Assembly: GCA_963793265.1 (NCBI GenBank)
Contig: CAWBZI010000004.1
Coordinates: 384,001 to 448,000 of the forward strand
Origin: an uncultured cyanobacterium
GTDB taxonomy: Bacteria > Cyanobacteriota > Cyanobacteriia > Phormidesmidales > Phormidesmidaceae
DNA length: 64,000 nt
Direction: 5' to 3'
The number at the start of each line of letters is the position of its first letter. Within the stretch, counting starts at the first letter, position 1. Below are positions 40,217-48,782 of this stretch, piece by piece. The translations under genes and the position numbers were made by a program. The notes below the pieces were generated by a model. It searched no databases, was not told the DNA's origin, and saw nothing but the letters and a program-made list of their open reading frames with translations.

Positions 40217-41403
40217 GCCCGATTGCGCTTAGCCTGCTGCTTTTACAGCTTCCTTTCACCGCTGTCCTGCTCTCCCGGCTGCTACGAGGGGCAAGGCGGC
40301 AGCAGCCCATTTCACCGAGAGCCTCAACCCCTCAGCAAGCTGGTAGCGTCAGTATTATCGTGCCGACGCTGAATGAAGCGCATCGGATTGAGCCTTGCCT
40401 GAAGGGGCTATCTCAGCAGGGTAAAGAAGTTCGAGAGATTATTATTGTCGATAGTCGCTCGACTGATGGCACTCAAGAGAAAGTGACGGCGTTTGCACGG
40501 CACGACAGTCGAATTCGCTTGATCACAGACGATCCCCTACCGCATAGCTGGGTGGGGCGGCCTTGGGCGCTGCATACCGGATACCTGGCTAGTTCGCCCG
40601 AAAGCCAGTGGGTGATGGGCATAGACGCTGATACCGAACCGCAGCCTGGCTTAGCCGCGGCGGTTTTGCATGAAGCTGAAAAAGGCTACGACCTGATCTC
40701 GCTTTCACCGCGCTTTAGGCTGTTTTTTCCCGGCGAATGGTGGCTACAGCCTGCGCTACTGATGACGCTGATATACCGGTTTGATTCTGCGGGTGTGCAA
40801 AAGTCGCCTGCTGAGCGAGTGATGGCGAATGGGCAGTGCTTTTGCTGTCGGCGGGCGGTGCTGGCAGCGGTAGATGGCTATACCTGTGCGGCGGATTCGT
40901 TTTGTGATGATGTGACGCTGGCCCGGCAGATCGCGGCGGCTGGCTACCGGGTGAGCTTTTTGGATGGCGCTAAGGTGATTAGCGTAAGGATGTATGAAGG
41001 GGCGGCTGAAACCTGGCGCGAGTGGGGGCGATCGCTCGACCTTAGAGATGCGGCCAGCCCTCAGCAAGTATGGGGCGATCTGGCACTGCTCATCTGCACC
41101 CAGGCGCTACCTATTATTGTGGTCATCAGCTTTCTACTCACAGGCTACGACAGTCTTACTGCAAAACTAGCGCTGGGGCTCAACATATTTTTACTGCTCG
41201 TGCGCTGGGGAATGCAGCTAGCCGTATCTTCCTCCTACCACAGACCTCAAAAATTTTTCTCAGCCGCTCAGCTCTTTTGGCTTTCTCCGCTAGCCGATCC
41301 GCTAGCAGTGACCAGAATTTTGCTCTCTTCTCTGCAAACCAGCATCCAGTGGCGAGGTCGAACCTACCAAAAAGGAACCCCAGAAAAGAAACTGACTCTC
41401 TAA
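40213..41403 (+). CDS. cruG: Carotenoid 2'-O-glycosyltransferase (GT2)
   Basis: VPTLNE, DADT, MANGQC and WGRSLDL; ATGA coupling to cruF. Confidence 0.88.
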   Translation: MSPIALSLLLLQLPFTAVLLSRLLRGARRQQPISPRASTPQQAGSVSIIVPTLNEAHRIEPCLKGLSQQGKEVREIIIVDSRSTDGTQEKVTAFARHDSRIRLITDDPLPHSWVGRPWALHTGYLASSPESQWVMGIDADTEPQPGLAAAVLHEAEKGYDLISLSPRFRLFFPGEWWLQPALLMTLIYRFDSAGVQKSPAERVMANGQCFCCRRAVLAAVDGYTCAADSFCDDVTLARQIAAAGYRVSFLDGAKVISVRMYEGAAETWREWGRSLDLRDAASPQQVWGDLALLICTQALPIIVVISFLLTGYDSLTAKLALGLNIFLLLVRWGMQLAVSSSYHRPQKFFSAAQLFWLSPLADPLAVTRILLSSLQTSIQWRGRTYQKGTPEKKLTL

Positions 41404-42068
41404 AGCTCTACCGGCTCAATACACTCGGGTGTTTCATTCCGCGGACTGTTCACCGTTTTACTCACCGGATACAGCGCCATCGCCTCTTCCTCGTAAGGCC
41501 GCAGCAAATGCTGCACATGCCTACCGTCTTGCACATCAGGATCGAGCCACAGGTCGTAGTCTTCAGGATGGATAATCACCGGCATTCGATTGTGAATTTC
41601 CTGCATCATGTCGTTAGGTTCGGTGGTCAAAATGGTGCAGGTTTCTAAATAGCTGCCGTCACCGCTTTCCCACTTTTCCCACAGGCCCGCAAAGCCGAAA
41701 AGATCGCGATCGCCCACCTGAATGTAGTAGGGCTGCTTCTGCTTTCCTGCCTTTTGCCACTCATAAAAACCATCCGCCAAAACCAGGCATCTTCGCCGCT
41801 TGAAAGGAGCCCGAAACGAGGGCTTTTCGGCAGCAGTTTCGGCCCGAGCGTTGATCATGCGATTGCCAATGCTTGAATCTTTGGCCCAAGACGGGACAAG
41901 GCCCCATTTGAATACTTTGTATTCGCGGTTTTCGTTGGGTTGAGCGATCGCCCCAACCGCCTGAGTAGGCGCGATATTGTATCGGGGCTGGGGATCAGGC
42001 GTTGTGCTGAGGCTGAAAGTGCGGGCGATCGCCTCTCCTGATTTTGTTTGCGTATAGCGGCCACACAT
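41400..42068 (-). CDS. SOS response-associated peptidase (SRAP/YedK/HMCES)
   Basis: N-terminal MCGRY, RYNIAPTQ, INARAET, GFYEW and HNRMPVI. Confidence 0.95.
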   Translation of the reverse strand: MCGRYTQTKSGEAIARTFSLSTTPDPQPRYNIAPTQAVGAIAQPNENREYKVFKWGLVPSWAKDSSIGNRMINARAETAAEKPSFRAPFKRRRCLVLADGFYEWQKAGKQKQPYYIQVGDRDLFGFAGLWEKWESGDGSYLETCTILTTEPNDMMQEIHNRMPVIIHPEDYDLWLDPDVQDGRHVQHLLRPYEEEAMALYPVSKTVNSPRNETPECIEPVEL

Positions 42069-42158
42069 AAAAACGCTGTCTCAAAACTTTTAGAGCTAAC
42101 CGATACAATCTACAGCGCGCACTGCTGAAGCGACCATTATCAGAAGAGAGAAAGTCAT

Positions 42159-42857
42159 TTAAAAAGCGTCATCGGCTCGCTGTAATCTCAATAGAGAAAT
42201 GACCACTGTGATCCAAAGCAGGCCGATGCAGTAGCCACCCACAATATCGGTTGGCCAGTGTACGCCTAGATACAGCCGACTGAAGCCGATAGCTAGGATT
42301 AACGCGGTAGCGATCGCATAAGAAACCTTTGCATAGCGCGGGTACAGCCGAGCGATGAGATAAGACGAAAAGCCATACATCACAATCGAACCTAAAGCAT
42401 GACCGCTTGGATAGCTATAGGTCACCTCGGTAATCGCAGACTCCCAAAGCTGCGGCCTTTGTTTGCTAAAAGCCAGCTTGAGGCAATAGCTCAAAACCGC
42501 GCCACCAAATGCGTTTAGGGCAAAGAATCTGGCCTCTAAGAAAAGACGTTTCCACAGCAGTAAGCCAAAAATTATTGCCGTTAGCGGCACAACTACATGC
42601 GGATCGCCAGCGCGCGTGATGCCGACCATCACAGCGTCCATCGTAGGACTCGCAAGCTGATGGATGGCCAGTAGAATAGGCTTATCAATGGCAAAAGCTT
42701 CCTGTTCAAGTACCTCGTCGGATAGCTCAGCCAAAACATAGGCCGCTAGAATACAAGCGCCTAGCCAAAATATGCCAAAGAAGGTGATAAACGAGCTGAT
42801 TCTGGGGTTGAGCTTTTTGACCCAAATATCAGCAAGGCGACTGAGAATACTTTGCAT
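42159..42857 (-). CDS. PAP2-family membrane phosphatase
   Basis: KxxxxxxRP, YPSGH and SRLYLGVHWPTD. Confidence 0.92.
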   Translation of the reverse strand: MQSILSRLADIWVKKLNPRISSFITFFGIFWLGACILAAYVLAELSDEVLEQEAFAIDKPILLAIHQLASPTMDAVMVGITRAGDPHVVVPLTAIIFGLLLWKRLFLEARFFALNAFGGAVLSYCLKLAFSKQRPQLWESAITEVTYSYPSGHALGSIVMYGFSSYLIARLYPRYAKVSYAIATALILAIGFSRLYLGVHWPTDIVGGYCIGLLWITVVISLLRLQRADDAF

Positions 42858-42963
42858 ACAAACGTGATAGAGACTACATAGTTTTGTTTAGCATCTCATT
42901 TGCATCTCTCAAATAGAACCCTCTATATAAATAGATAGATCACTGAAGCATAACGTCCTTCAT

Positions 42964-43809
42964 ATGGCCTCCTCGCAATCGCCAGATCCCTTCAGCAAGC
43001 TAGAAGTCAGGCTCAATCCTAGCCGCCGATTTGAGACGGTTTCTCAAGATGTGATTGAAAGTGCGATGGATAGCGCCCATCGTGATTCTTTGGGCTCCAG
43101 TGCGCTTTCAATCAAGGTGCTGAGCTGGAATATCGCTAAAAGCACCTACCGGTCAGGGTGGATTAAAGATTTTTCGGCCATTGTTAAGCAGCATCAGCCT
43201 GACAAAATATTTTTGCAAGAGGTACGTCTGTGCGCTCTCTCAGAAGAGATTCCTGAGCTGGCACAGATGGGCTGGAGCTTTGCGCCCAACTTTATTGATA
43301 GATCTGAAAATGCCTACTCCGGCGTATTGATTGCCACGAGGGCCAGCCTTATCGAGAGTAAGGCGCTCATTACGCAGCATACAGAGCCCGTGAGCAACAC
43401 ACCTAAGGTTTCTCTGTTTGCAGAGTATTCTTTTGGTGATGGCGATGAAAGCCTACTGGCTGTAAATACACACCTGATTAATTTCGTTGATTTGGGCAAG
43501 TTTAAAGCGCAGCTAGCTGCCGTTGAGCAATCTATGCGTCAGCACCGGGGCAGGATCATTTTTTCGGGAGACTTTAATACCTGGAACCGCTCTCGCTATA
43601 AGATGCTGCACGAAATGACGGCTCGGCTCGGGCTAAAAGCCGTTACGTTCAGCGCGGCAGATACTAAAAAGATCAAAAGCTTTTTGCTCTCGCCGCCGCT
43701 AGACTACATCTTTTATCGGGGCTTCCATCAAAAACTGCTGAGTGCAAGGGTTTTAGATAACTTCGCTGCCTCAGATCATAATCCTTTGCTAGTGGAGCTT
43801 TGCGTGTAA
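42964..43809 (+). CDS. Endonuclease/exonuclease/phosphatase (YafD-like)
   Basis: LSWNIAK, LQE, GDFNTW, LDYIFYRG and SDHNP. Confidence 0.9.
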   Translation: MASSQSPDPFSKLEVRLNPSRRFETVSQDVIESAMDSAHRDSLGSSALSIKVLSWNIAKSTYRSGWIKDFSAIVKQHQPDKIFLQEVRLCALSEEIPELAQMGWSFAPNFIDRSENAYSGVLIATRASLIESKALITQHTEPVSNTPKVSLFAEYSFGDGDESLLAVNTHLINFVDLGKFKAQLAAVEQSMRQHRGRIIFSGDFNTWNRSRYKMLHEMTARLGLKAVTFSAADTKKIKSFLLSPPLDYIFYRGFHQKLLSARVLDNFAASDHNPLLVELCV

Positions 43810-43853
43810 GTGAGTGTCTACTTGTATAGGCATAAAACGCTCGGGTGATTCGC

Positions 43854-45335
43854 ATGTGGACAACGATCAACTTACTCTCTATTTACAGCGCAGCGTCGCT
43901 GGTTGTCCATGCTCTAGGGGTGTTGAATGCGGCTCATGCGGTGATGCGGGTGCAGTCTTCTAGGGCTGCGATCGCCTGGAGCATCGCCCTAATTTCCCTC
44001 CCCTGGATCGCAATTCCCTTGTACTGGACGCTGGGTAAAAACAAGTTCCAGGGCTACTCAGAAGCGCTACAGGGTGCGTATGGCGAGCACAGCGAACTTG
44101 TTCATCTGGCCTACAGCGAAATTTTGGACTTCAAGGCGTCTTTGCCCTCGGAGTTTGCTGGCTTAGAAAAACTAGCCGATACGTTTACCTCGCTCCCCTT
44201 TACTCGTAATAACAGCGCTGAGCTGCTGATAGATGGACAGCAAACTTACACGCATATGCTAGGGGCGATCGCACAAGCCAAACACTACATCCTCTTCCAA
44301 ACCTACATCCTCAACAGCGACGACACCGGCAACGCCTTCAAAGCTGCTCTCATCGAAAAAGCTAATCAGGGTGTGAGAGTTTATTTACTCTACGACGGCA
44401 TCGGCTCTCGCCCGTCAAAAGACTATGTTGAATCGCTTACGGCCAACGGCGTCGCAGTCGAAAGCTTTCGCAGCAGCGTAGGGCTGCGCAGCCGCTTTCA
44501 AATTAACTTTCGCAACCACCGCAAAATTCTAATCGTCGATGGCGAAACGGCCTTTGTCGGTGGCCTCAATATCGGAGACGAATACTTAGGCAAAGACCCT
44601 AAGCTTGGCCCCTGGCGCGATACGCACTTAGCCCTACAAGGCACGGCGGTCAAATGCCTGCAAAGGACGTTTTTGGGTGACTGGTACTGGGCTGCAAAAG
44701 AAGTTCCCGATGTTTCCTGGTCAACCCACGCTCTGCCCGCCGACCCACAAAACAATCAAACTGCTTTCGTCTTAGCCACTGGCCCCGCCGATTCTCTTCA
44801 GGCGTGTGCCTTATTTTTCCTGAACCTAATCAACCGCGCCAAAACCCGCCTTTGGATTGCTAGCCCATACTTCGTTCCCAACGCCTCTATCCTCAACGCC
44901 CTCAAGCTCGCCGTACTCAGAGGCGTAGACGTACGCATTATTTTGCCAAACCGCGCCGATCATTGGATCGTGTATATCTGCGCCTTTTCCTACTATGAGG
45001 AGTTGCAAAAAACGGGCATTCAGATTTACCGCTATCAGCCAGGTTTTATGCATCAAAAGGTGATTCTGTGCGATCACGACGTAGCCGGAGTCGGCACTAC
45101 CAACCTCGACAACCGCTCATTCTTTCTCAACTTTGAAGTCATGGCCTTCATCGTCAACGACAGCCTAACTGTCAGCTCAATCGCCACCCAATCCGACTTT
45201 ATTAACAGCGTCGAGCAAATGCTGACCGACGATCTCGCCGCCTCCCGCCTGGTCGATCTCTCAAAATATGAGCAAAAGCCCTTTTGGTTTAAGCTTGCCA
45301 CTCGGATCTCCAGACTATTTGCACCTATTTTGTAA
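43854..45335 (+). CDS. cls: Cardiolipin synthase (PLD family, ClsA-like)
   Basis: Two N-terminal TMs; two HKD motifs (NHRKILIVD, HQKVILCD); GGLNIGDEY, WRDTH, SPYFVP and NLDNRSFFLNFE. Confidence 0.9.
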   Translation: MWTTINLLSIYSAASLVVHALGVLNAAHAVMRVQSSRAAIAWSIALISLPWIAIPLYWTLGKNKFQGYSEALQGAYGEHSELVHLAYSEILDFKASLPSEFAGLEKLADTFTSLPFTRNNSAELLIDGQQTYTHMLGAIAQAKHYILFQTYILNSDDTGNAFKAALIEKANQGVRVYLLYDGIGSRPSKDYVESLTANGVAVESFRSSVGLRSRFQINFRNHRKILIVDGETAFVGGLNIGDEYLGKDPKLGPWRDTHLALQGTAVKCLQRTFLGDWYWAAKEVPDVSWSTHALPADPQNNQTAFVLATGPADSLQACALFFLNLINRAKTRLWIASPYFVPNASILNALKLAVLRGVDVRIILPNRADHWIVYICAFSYYEELQKTGIQIYRYQPGFMHQKVILCDHDVAGVGTTNLDNRSFFLNFEVMAFIVNDSLTVSSIATQSDFINSVEQMLTDDLAASRLVDLSKYEQKPFWFKLATRISRLFAPIL

Positions 45336-45406
45336 CCTTTGCGCCCCAAAAGCGTCCTTTTTATAGAACTGTATCCTCCGCTTTGGCTTGCTCGCGATAG
45401 GCTTAA

Positions 45407-47536
45407 ATGATGCTTATTCTTGTAGACCCTATTGCTGAAACGCTCACGTCACCGGTTGCCACCTTTGGGCTACTGCTGGCGATCGCGCTTGTGGTTCCGC
45501 CCATTTTTGAGCGATTCAGGCTACCAGGTCTAGTCGGACTAATCGCCGCTGGCGTTTTTTTCGGCAGCGGCTTCCTTGGCTGGTTGGATACCAAAGATGA
45601 AACCGTTGTACTGCTCTCAGATATTGGCAAAATTTATCTGATGTTTGTTGCCGGTTTAGAGATCGATCTTGTCCTTTTCAACAGAACTCGAAATCGCTCT
45701 ATCAGCTTTGGCCTTCTAACGTTTGCCATTCCCTTTGCAGGCGGCACTGCTATTGGCCTCTACTTCGGCTTTGGCACCTTAGCAGCCGTACTTATCGGCT
45801 CACTGCTAGCCTCTCATACGCTGCTGGCTTATCCTATCGTGCAGCGTCTGGGTGTTGTTGGTGATGAAGCTGTGACGGTAACGGTAGGAGCCACCATCTT
45901 TACAGATATCGCTGCTTTGGTTGTGCTGGCCGTTTGCTTAGGCGTTAGCAGAGGAGACTTTACCGCAGGCAAGCTAATCTTTTTGCTAGGTTCATTAGGT
46001 CTGTATGCGCTAGCCATTCTGTTCGGGCTAAGATACCTAGCTAGGTTATTCTTTCGCGCTACTGGAAAAGATGAGGGCAACCAGTTCTTATTTATTATGC
46101 TGACGCTGTTCTTAGCGGCTGTCGGCGCTCAGCTCATCGGTTTAGAGGGTATTATCGGTGCTTTTTTGGCAGGACTAGCCGTCAATAGCGTGATTGGCGA
46201 TGGCCCGGTTAAAGAGAAGACGGAATTTTTGGGCAGCGTTCTGTTCATTCCTATGTTTTTCATCTACATGGGATTGCTACTTGATTTGAACGCGCTAGGA
46301 GATATTTTTAGCTTTGTTCAACTACCACTGTCGATTGTTGGCATGTTGCTACTCACTAAGTTCTTAGCGGCGGCTGCCACTCAAAAGCTTTTTGGCTACG
46401 GCAAGTCTCAGCTTGTGATGATGTGGTCGCTCTCGATTCCTCAAGTTGCCGCCACGTTAGCTGCCGCGCTAGTGGGTTACCAGGCTGAGATTATCAACGC
46501 CCAGGTTTTTAACAGCGTGATTTTGCTCATGCTGGTCACCTCAATTTTAGGCCCATTGGTGACCGCGCAATCTGGCCGTCATCTGGCGATGTCGCTAGCC
46601 GTCACAGAGACTTCAGAATCACCCGAGCCCTTGATATGGCTACCTATTCCTAGCGAAGACGATACTTTTACAGTGGTTGTTCCGATATACAATCCTAAAA
46701 CGGAACAACAGCTTATTGAGCTAGCGGCCATTATCGCTCAATACGAAAAGGGGCGTGTGGTGCCTTTGGCAGTCACCATCACGCAGCCGCAGATGGATTC
46801 ACCGAGAATGGCTAGAGCGATCGCCCACGGCCACAGGCGCTTAGAAACGGCTAAAACAATCGGTCATAGCTTTTCAATTCCTGTAGAGCCCACGCTGCGA
46901 ATAGAAAACAATGTCTCTCAGGCAATCTATCACTTTAGCCGAGAGCAAAACGCTAATTTGATTGTGCTGGGCATGAGCCCGCAGCCGCAGATTAGACCCT
47001 ACGCGCTCAGCAGCATTCATAGCGATGTGCTGTGGGCTGCGCACTGTCCGGTTGTGGTTGCCAGGCTGCGAGTGCCACCCGCTCAGCTCAAAAATATTTT
47101 ACTCCCGATTGAAAACCCGTCACCGCTCACGGCTAGGGTGATCAGGTTTGCGCAGGTGATTGCGGCGGCTAATCACGGCAGGGTAAGACTGGTGCATGTG
47201 TGCAGCACTTTCTCGTCTGAGAGCCATCGACTGCGGGTGCAAAAGCGGTTGGAGCAGTTGATTGCTGAGCTGCCGCCTGCCGACTGTACGCTTGAGGTGC
47301 AGGTGTGGGTGCAAGAGAGTGTTGTGGGGGCGATCGCTAAAGCTGCTCAAAACTATGATCTGGTAATTTTGCGATCGCAACGCCGCCGCACAGGCACAGG
47401 GCTAACATTAGGAACGCTTACTCAGCCATTATTAGCCCATATCAATAACTCCGTGATTTTGGTAGGCGAACCTCACGCTCGCCACCAAAACCCTTCACGC
47501 GGCGCTCTTAAGAACCCTAAAGCCATTGACGGATAA
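45407..47536 (+). CDS. Cation:proton antiporter (CPA2) with C-terminal USP-like domains
   Basis: LMFVAGLEID, TIFTDI and IIGAFLAG; soluble tandem USP-like tail. Confidence 0.9.
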   Translation: MMLILVDPIAETLTSPVATFGLLLAIALVVPPIFERFRLPGLVGLIAAGVFFGSGFLGWLDTKDETVVLLSDIGKIYLMFVAGLEIDLVLFNRTRNRSISFGLLTFAIPFAGGTAIGLYFGFGTLAAVLIGSLLASHTLLAYPIVQRLGVVGDEAVTVTVGATIFTDIAALVVLAVCLGVSRGDFTAGKLIFLLGSLGLYALAILFGLRYLARLFFRATGKDEGNQFLFIMLTLFLAAVGAQLIGLEGIIGAFLAGLAVNSVIGDGPVKEKTEFLGSVLFIPMFFIYMGLLLDLNALGDIFSFVQLPLSIVGMLLLTKFLAAAATQKLFGYGKSQLVMMWSLSIPQVAATLAAALVGYQAEIINAQVFNSVILLMLVTSILGPLVTAQSGRHLAMSLAVTETSESPEPLIWLPIPSEDDTFTVVVPIYNPKTEQQLIELAAIIAQYEKGRVVPLAVTITQPQMDSPRMARAIAHGHRRLETAKTIGHSFSIPVEPTLRIENNVSQAIYHFSREQNANLIVLGMSPQPQIRPYALSSIHSDVLWAAHCPVVVARLRVPPAQLKNILLPIENPSPLTARVIRFAQVIAAANHGRVRLVHVCSTFSSESHRLRVQKRLEQLIAELPPADCTLEVQVWVQESVVGAIAKAAQNYDLVILRSQRRRTGTGLTLGTLTQPLLAHINNSVILVGEPHARHQNPSRGALKNPKAIDG

Positions 47537-48119
47537 ATTCGGGCGATCGCAACAGCAAATAGCCAAACGATCCAAACAACGCTGTATTTAAGCCCACCAA
47601 CGCATAGCCAATCAGCATCAGCAGTCCGTCCATCTCAATCGTAGAAATGGCCAGCAGCAAAATCCCTACCGCTGGAATAGGGTTGGTGAGCGGTACCGGC
47701 AGCATTAGCAGAATCGTCAGGTAGGCAATGCAAACGCCGTTCAGTTGCCACACGCCATGATTGCGCACCAGCCGCGACCAGCGCGGTTTTGTAAGCCATT
47801 CAAAAAATCTAGTACCCCGGCTAAGACCTGCCACCAGCTTGCTCACAATCGTTTCAGAAAGTTGGAAATTTCCAATTCGCGGCGGTAGCCAGGGCACCTG
47901 CTTGCCGCTCGCCATTTGCAAAGACAAAAACAAACAGGCTGAACCAAAAACCACCGAGATGCCTGGAATCATCGGCAGTAAAAATGGAAAAATTAGCAGA
48001 ATAATGACCAGTGAAAAGCTGCGTTCAGATGTCTCCGCCAAAATATTCGAGAGCGTCAGCGGGCGATCGCGTTCTTTTTCAAGCAAAAGGATAAGTTCTT
48101 GTGAAAATCGAAGTCGCAT
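47517..48119 (-). CDS. exoD: ExoD-family membrane protein
   Basis: LQMASGKQVPWLP, LPVPLTNPIPA and EMDGL. Confidence 0.85.
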   Translation of the reverse strand: MRLRFSQELILLLEKERDRPLTLSNILAETSERSFSLVIILLIFPFLLPMIPGISVVFGSACLFLSLQMASGKQVPWLPPRIGNFQLSETIVSKLVAGLSRGTRFFEWLTKPRWSRLVRNHGVWQLNGVCIAYLTILLMLPVPLTNPIPAVGILLLAISTIEMDGLLMLIGYALVGLNTALFGSFGYLLLRSPEFIRQWL

Positions 48120-48284
48120 AGCGATCGCCTGGAGCCTTTAAAAATATGAAATATATCCTTCTATGACAGCACAGTTTCAGTTAACGAGTCTTTACAATTC
48201 AACCAGTAAATGCACTGTCTCCCATCAAATAAACTGAGCTGAGCTAGAGTAAAGCCAGTCTTTGTAAACCCTCACCAGATACCT

Positions 48285-48758
48285 ATGAGCCGTCTTTTGT
48301 CTTATGTTTGCAGGCTGTTGATTGTTTTGTGTCTGTTTGTGGGCGTATTAACTAACTCGCACGAGGCGATCGCTCTCGATAATTCCTCCGCAGTAACCGT
48401 ATTCCGCAGCCCAACCTGTGGCTGCTGCGAAGACTGGGTAGCTCATATGAAATCAGCCGGTTTTCAAATAAACGACAACATTACCAAAGACATGGACACC
48501 GTAAAGCAAACCTACGGAGTTTCTGAAGCACTCTCCTCGTGCCATACCGCACTTATAGACGGCTACGTCATAGAAGGCCACGTTCCGGCGACAGATGTGC
48601 AGCGCCTATTAGCTGAGAAACCTGATGTTGTCGGTATCACTGCGCCTGGAATGCCCATGGGATCGCCTGGAATGGAAATGGGTGATCGGGTTGATAGCTA
48701 TACGGTGTACGCCTTCAATCGCGAAAACAAAGTACTTCCTTTCGCTGAACACTTCTAA
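48285..48758 (+). CDS. DUF411 periplasmic metal-binding protein
   Basis: SPTCGCCEDW, SCHTA, EGHVP and PGMPMGSPGME. Confidence 0.92.
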   Translation: MSRLLSYVCRLLIVLCLFVGVLTNSHEAIALDNSSAVTVFRSPTCGCCEDWVAHMKSAGFQINDNITKDMDTVKQTYGVSEALSSCHTALIDGYVIEGHVPATDVQRLLAEKPDVVGITAPGMPMGSPGMEMGDRVDSYTVYAFNRENKVLPFAEHF

Positions 48759-48782
48759 TGCCACCAAAAATTAAACGGCTGA

